Source: Hydrolagus colliei (Eukaryota). Taken from it: a stretch of 64,000 nucleotides of DNA. Each line of letters opens with the position of its first letter. The first letter of the stretch is position 1. Shown here in pieces: positions 60,913-64,000 of this stretch. The stretch lies in the NCBI GenBank assembly GCA_035084275.1, contig CM068760.1, positions 1,302,001 to 1,366,000 of the forward strand, in the 5' to 3' direction. The position numbers were made by a program, and so were the translations under genes. Under the pieces are notes generated by a model. That model worked only from the letters and a program-made list of their open reading frames with translations, had not been told where the DNA came from and did no database searches.

Positions 60913-61254
60913 CAGCGGTGGCTCAAACAAAAACGGTGAATCCACTTTGATATGGAGTGACTGGTCTGGACTCCCCGGGCTTTCCCCCACATCTCCCCCG
61001 TCGCTGCCTCCCCACACCACACCCTCCACTGGGGCTGGGTTGGCGTTCAACATTTTCAACTCCAGCTCCAGCTCGGCCTCCAGCTCGGCCTCCTCTTTGG
61101 CCTCCTTGTTGCTCTCCTCCAAGTGCTTCATCAGCACAGCGATCACCACGTTCACCAGCACAAACTGGGCTGTCAGCACAAACGAGACAAAGTAGATTGG
61201 CGACACCACTGTGTTGTAGCAGGTGCCTTCCTGGTTACAGTCGCGCAGGGTGTC
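60913..61254 (-). CDS. CACNA1G: CACNA1G exon: IVS6 and proximal C-tail (DTLRDC...[43 protein letters not shown])
   Basis: cgacag| and |gtaagg; 342 nt; Cav3.1-type sequence. Confidence 0.97.
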
Positions 61255-61779
61255 CTGTCGATCAGACAAAAGGAAGCCATTCAACCCGAGCACTGTCCAA
61301 GTAGGCACTGTTTGCCGCCGAGTGAAGAAACTGGGTTCTCTCACACACGGACCCCGGTAGCGTCCCATTTCAGACCCAGGGTCAGTGCTCGAGTTTCCCG
61401 ATCTCAGTCTGCACAGCGACGGAAGCGCGAACCACCGGCTTCGGTCTCTTCGTATCGACGACGTTGCTTCTATACGTTGTCTGTGCCAGGCAACGTGCAG
61501 AAGCAAAAGCTTGAGGCGTGCATGAGGGGAGAGGGAACAGAGACATGGTGAGAGGGTTGGGGGTTGCTGCGGAGTGTAAACACCAGCGCAGGCTGAGTTA
61601 AGCTGATGGGTTTGTTTCCGTGACGTATCATTCGATGCAAGGTGAGATTTGAGCCTCCTACTGTATACTCTCTGACTTGGGAGGTGAGAGATGCTAACAC
61701 CTGAGCCAGGCTGACACCAATGTTTGGGACCATTGCCAACAGTGGGGAGGAGGGGGTGGGGGGGGAACAAGTTCATTAC

Positions 61780-61901
61780 CTTCATTATTCCGTTCCAGTT
61801 ATCTCCTGTTGAAACCCGGAAGAGGGTGAGGAAAGCCATCCCAAAGTTCCTGAAGGTGGCATGTCTCCCCAGCCCTTCGCAGGGATGGTAAGTGTTGCAT
61901 T
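61780..61901 (-). CDS. CACNA1G: CACNA1G exon: repeat IV pore loop ([36 protein letters not shown])
   Basis: STGDNW carries the repeat IV Asp of the T-type EEDD filter; attcag| and |gtaatg. Confidence 0.97.
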
Positions 61902-61944
61902 CTGAATATTTGAGGCAAAATATTAAGGTGAATAATAATGATAA

Positions 61945-62210
61945 TCGTAATAATAATAATCCTTGCATTTGATATCGCGCTTTTCACGTCTTCTGGACGT
62001 CTCAAAGCGCTTCACAGAATAAACTGTAAAGTGAATAGACTGTATATTTGTGGGCGAAACATGGCAGCCAATTGCGCACAGCAGCGTCCCCTACAAACAG
62101 TCGTGGATTGAAAATGACCAATTTATTATTGGGGGGGTTTTCAGGGATTATTATCAGGCGTGTGAAGTAATGAAACTTGCCCAAGGTTTCACCCTGACCA
62201 GCCGGGAATT
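61945..62210 (-). mobile_element. Well-preserved SINE copy lacking the start of its tRNA head
   Basis: Closest match to the string shared by all SINE copies in the window, with a (TAA)n tail. Confidence 0.85.
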
Positions 62211-62702
62211 GAATGGATGGTGACTTCAGAATATGTTTCAGTGGTCAGCCCCTGAAACCCATCGCCAAGTGTCAATACCCAAACCAAACCCACTGATGAA
62301 AATGGCAATTACATTGTGTGATTAGGAGCTTCTCATCTCTGGCCTGACAGGTAATAAACCTTTACTGACCCTCATTAAAATGTGTGATGTTTTCGAAGGG
62401 AAAGGGAGGGTGATTCAGGATGCATTCCGAGGAGGACGAGGAGTATGAATTCTGCCTGGGAGTGTGAAATCTGAACTAAACAAGTACTATACGACTGTAT
62501 AACTGTTCCCAGTCAGGATCGATCAACCCGTGCCCCAGACCTTGACAACCCTCTCTCCTTTTGTGTGGTTGCTAGATGCCACAGAGGCCTGCCGCAATTT
62601 GGAGTTCGTGGCTGACAGCAGCTTCGGTAAAATGAAGAGCAAAAGATCTCAACGGGCGCCAAGCGCGGGTTGTGAAATGTGAACTCCATGTCCGTGGCTT
62701 AC

Positions 62703-62781
62703 CCAGGTCCCCAAACAGCTCCACCCCGAGAGCCGCAAATATGAAAAACAGGAGCATGAACAAGAGGCCGAGATTCCCAAC
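62703..62781 (-). CDS. CACNA1G: CACNA1G exon: IVS5 ([26 protein letters not shown])
   Basis: ccgcag| and |gtaagc; 79 nt. Confidence 0.97.
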
Positions 62782-63206
62782 CTGCGGGAAGGATGGACGT
62801 GTGTGAGCAACACAGTTACCGGGACGCTACTCCCCCACCATCCCGTCTCCCGCCAGCAACTCGCACGTTTACAGCGCCGTTCACGCAACAGAAATTCCAC
62901 CCCCCGCCCCCCCTTTAAAAAGCCCTTTACAGAATGCGATTAACTGAAGCGAATGTTGTCACAGAGGCAAGCGGGGCAGGTAATTTGTGTCGGCGATGTC
63001 CTGTGGACTACCCACTAGGTAAGCAGTAGAAGTGCTGAATTGAATTTGGATGAGCAGGGAATGTAAAGCAGAATCACTGGGAGGTCATTTTTTTGTTTGG
63101 AGCGTGCGAAGAGGCTTTGTGCTGTGATGCTAAAATTATAATACATTGTGCGTTATACATGGGGCTTGCAAAACACTTGCCTGGCTCCCAACTGAAGGTT
63201 TCTTAC

Positions 63207-63277
63207 CTGCGGCAAAGCCTGAATTACAGTGTTCAGCAGTGATCGCATTCCCACTGCCATTTTCAACAGTTTCAAGA
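63207..63277 (-). CDS. CACNA1G: CACNA1G exon: IVS4 and S4-S5 linker (VLKLLKMAVGMRSLLNTVIQALPQ)
   Basis: acaaag| and |gtaaga; MAVGMR is the Cav3.1 form, whereas Cav3.2 and Cav3.3 have MATGMR (recalled). Confidence 0.96.
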
Positions 63278-63417
63278 CTTTGTTTGGGGACAAAAATGGA
63301 AAGAGATTAGAGCAACGAATGCGGTCAAAGTAAAATGGGAATAGCTGTACAGGTAAAGTTACGACTTTACAGTGTCCCGCTTTACACAGTACAGGTGTAA
63401 GACATGCCTCTACTGAC

Positions 63418-63551
63418 CTCTGGCGATTCTCAGGACTCTCATTATTCTAATGATGGTGGGGTTGATTGGCAAAGACGCATTCACCTCAATCTCTTCAAGG
63501 GTAATACCCATAATGGACAGCAACACTATCGCAAGATCCAGCTGGTTCCAT
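63418..63551 (-). CDS. CACNA1G: CACNA1G exon: IVS3-S4 ([44 protein letters not shown])
   Basis: ctccag| and |gtcagt; 134 nt. Confidence 0.97.
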
Positions 63552-63784
63552 CTGGAGAGAGAGAGCAGGAAAACAGGCATCACATTCAGTGACTGAAACA
63601 ATAGTCTAACATTAGTGGTATTCTGATGTTAATTTGGTCAATGTCTTATGGAATATTGGAAGTAGTTTGATGTGACATGAAAGAAAGAGACATTCTCTCA
63701 ACATGAAAGGTACTTTACAAATGTAACTTGCGATGTGCTGCACTATATTAACACTAAATTACCAGACATCCAGAAGTATTTTAC

Positions 63785-63894
63785 CTGTCCTTGAAGAACC
63801 GGCGAAATCCAAAAGCGACCAGTTTGAACACGGACTCAAGGACAAAGATAATCGTGAAGATGTAATTGCAGATCCTCAGGGCTTTGTCGAGTTC
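63785..63894 (-). CDS. CACNA1G: CACNA1G exon: IVS2 ([37 protein letters not shown])
   Basis: ctccag| and |gtaaaa; ICNYIFT and LESVFK are Cav3.1-type; the gene continues beyond the window. Confidence 0.96.
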
Positions 63895-64000
63895 CTGGAG
63901 AACGTGAGAGAGATGGAGATTGAATCTGCTACATCCGTGGCCAACAGTCGTGCTTCAGACATCAACGCACCAGTTCTCTGCTCTATATCAGTTAGCTGGT

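Overview
Vertebrate genomic DNA, not prokaryotic. The tRNA-headed SINEs with L2-type tails, the CR1 and L2 fragments and the compact introns suggest a cartilaginous fish, possibly a holocephalan; this is inference. Four spliced genes can be rebuilt by eye. (1) The 3' end of an MPRIP-like coiled-coil gene (+, exons 1859-12414), with two recognisable alternative C-termini. (2) A complete, divergent RAI1/TCF20-family ePHD gene (-, CDS 27651-19392, about 1286 aa). (3) A complete 12-exon FDXR (+, 33373-41372, 494 aa), head-to-head with gene 2 across a CpG island. (4) The 3' part of CACNA1G/Cav3.1 (-, 63894-51096; repeat IV and the C-tail). The best lead is synteny: MPRIP-like and RAI1/TCF20-like genes beside FDXR and CACNA1G may be a third ohnolog pair absent from mammals. 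Also present are a clean non-autonomous hAT element (16-bp TIRs, 8-bp TSD) carrying promoter-type motifs, two stop-free in-frame introns, an ACTAAY array in FDXR intron 1, and two assembly gaps. Gene names come from recalled protein motifs; no database searches were run. I found no support for a wholly new system beyond these leads.
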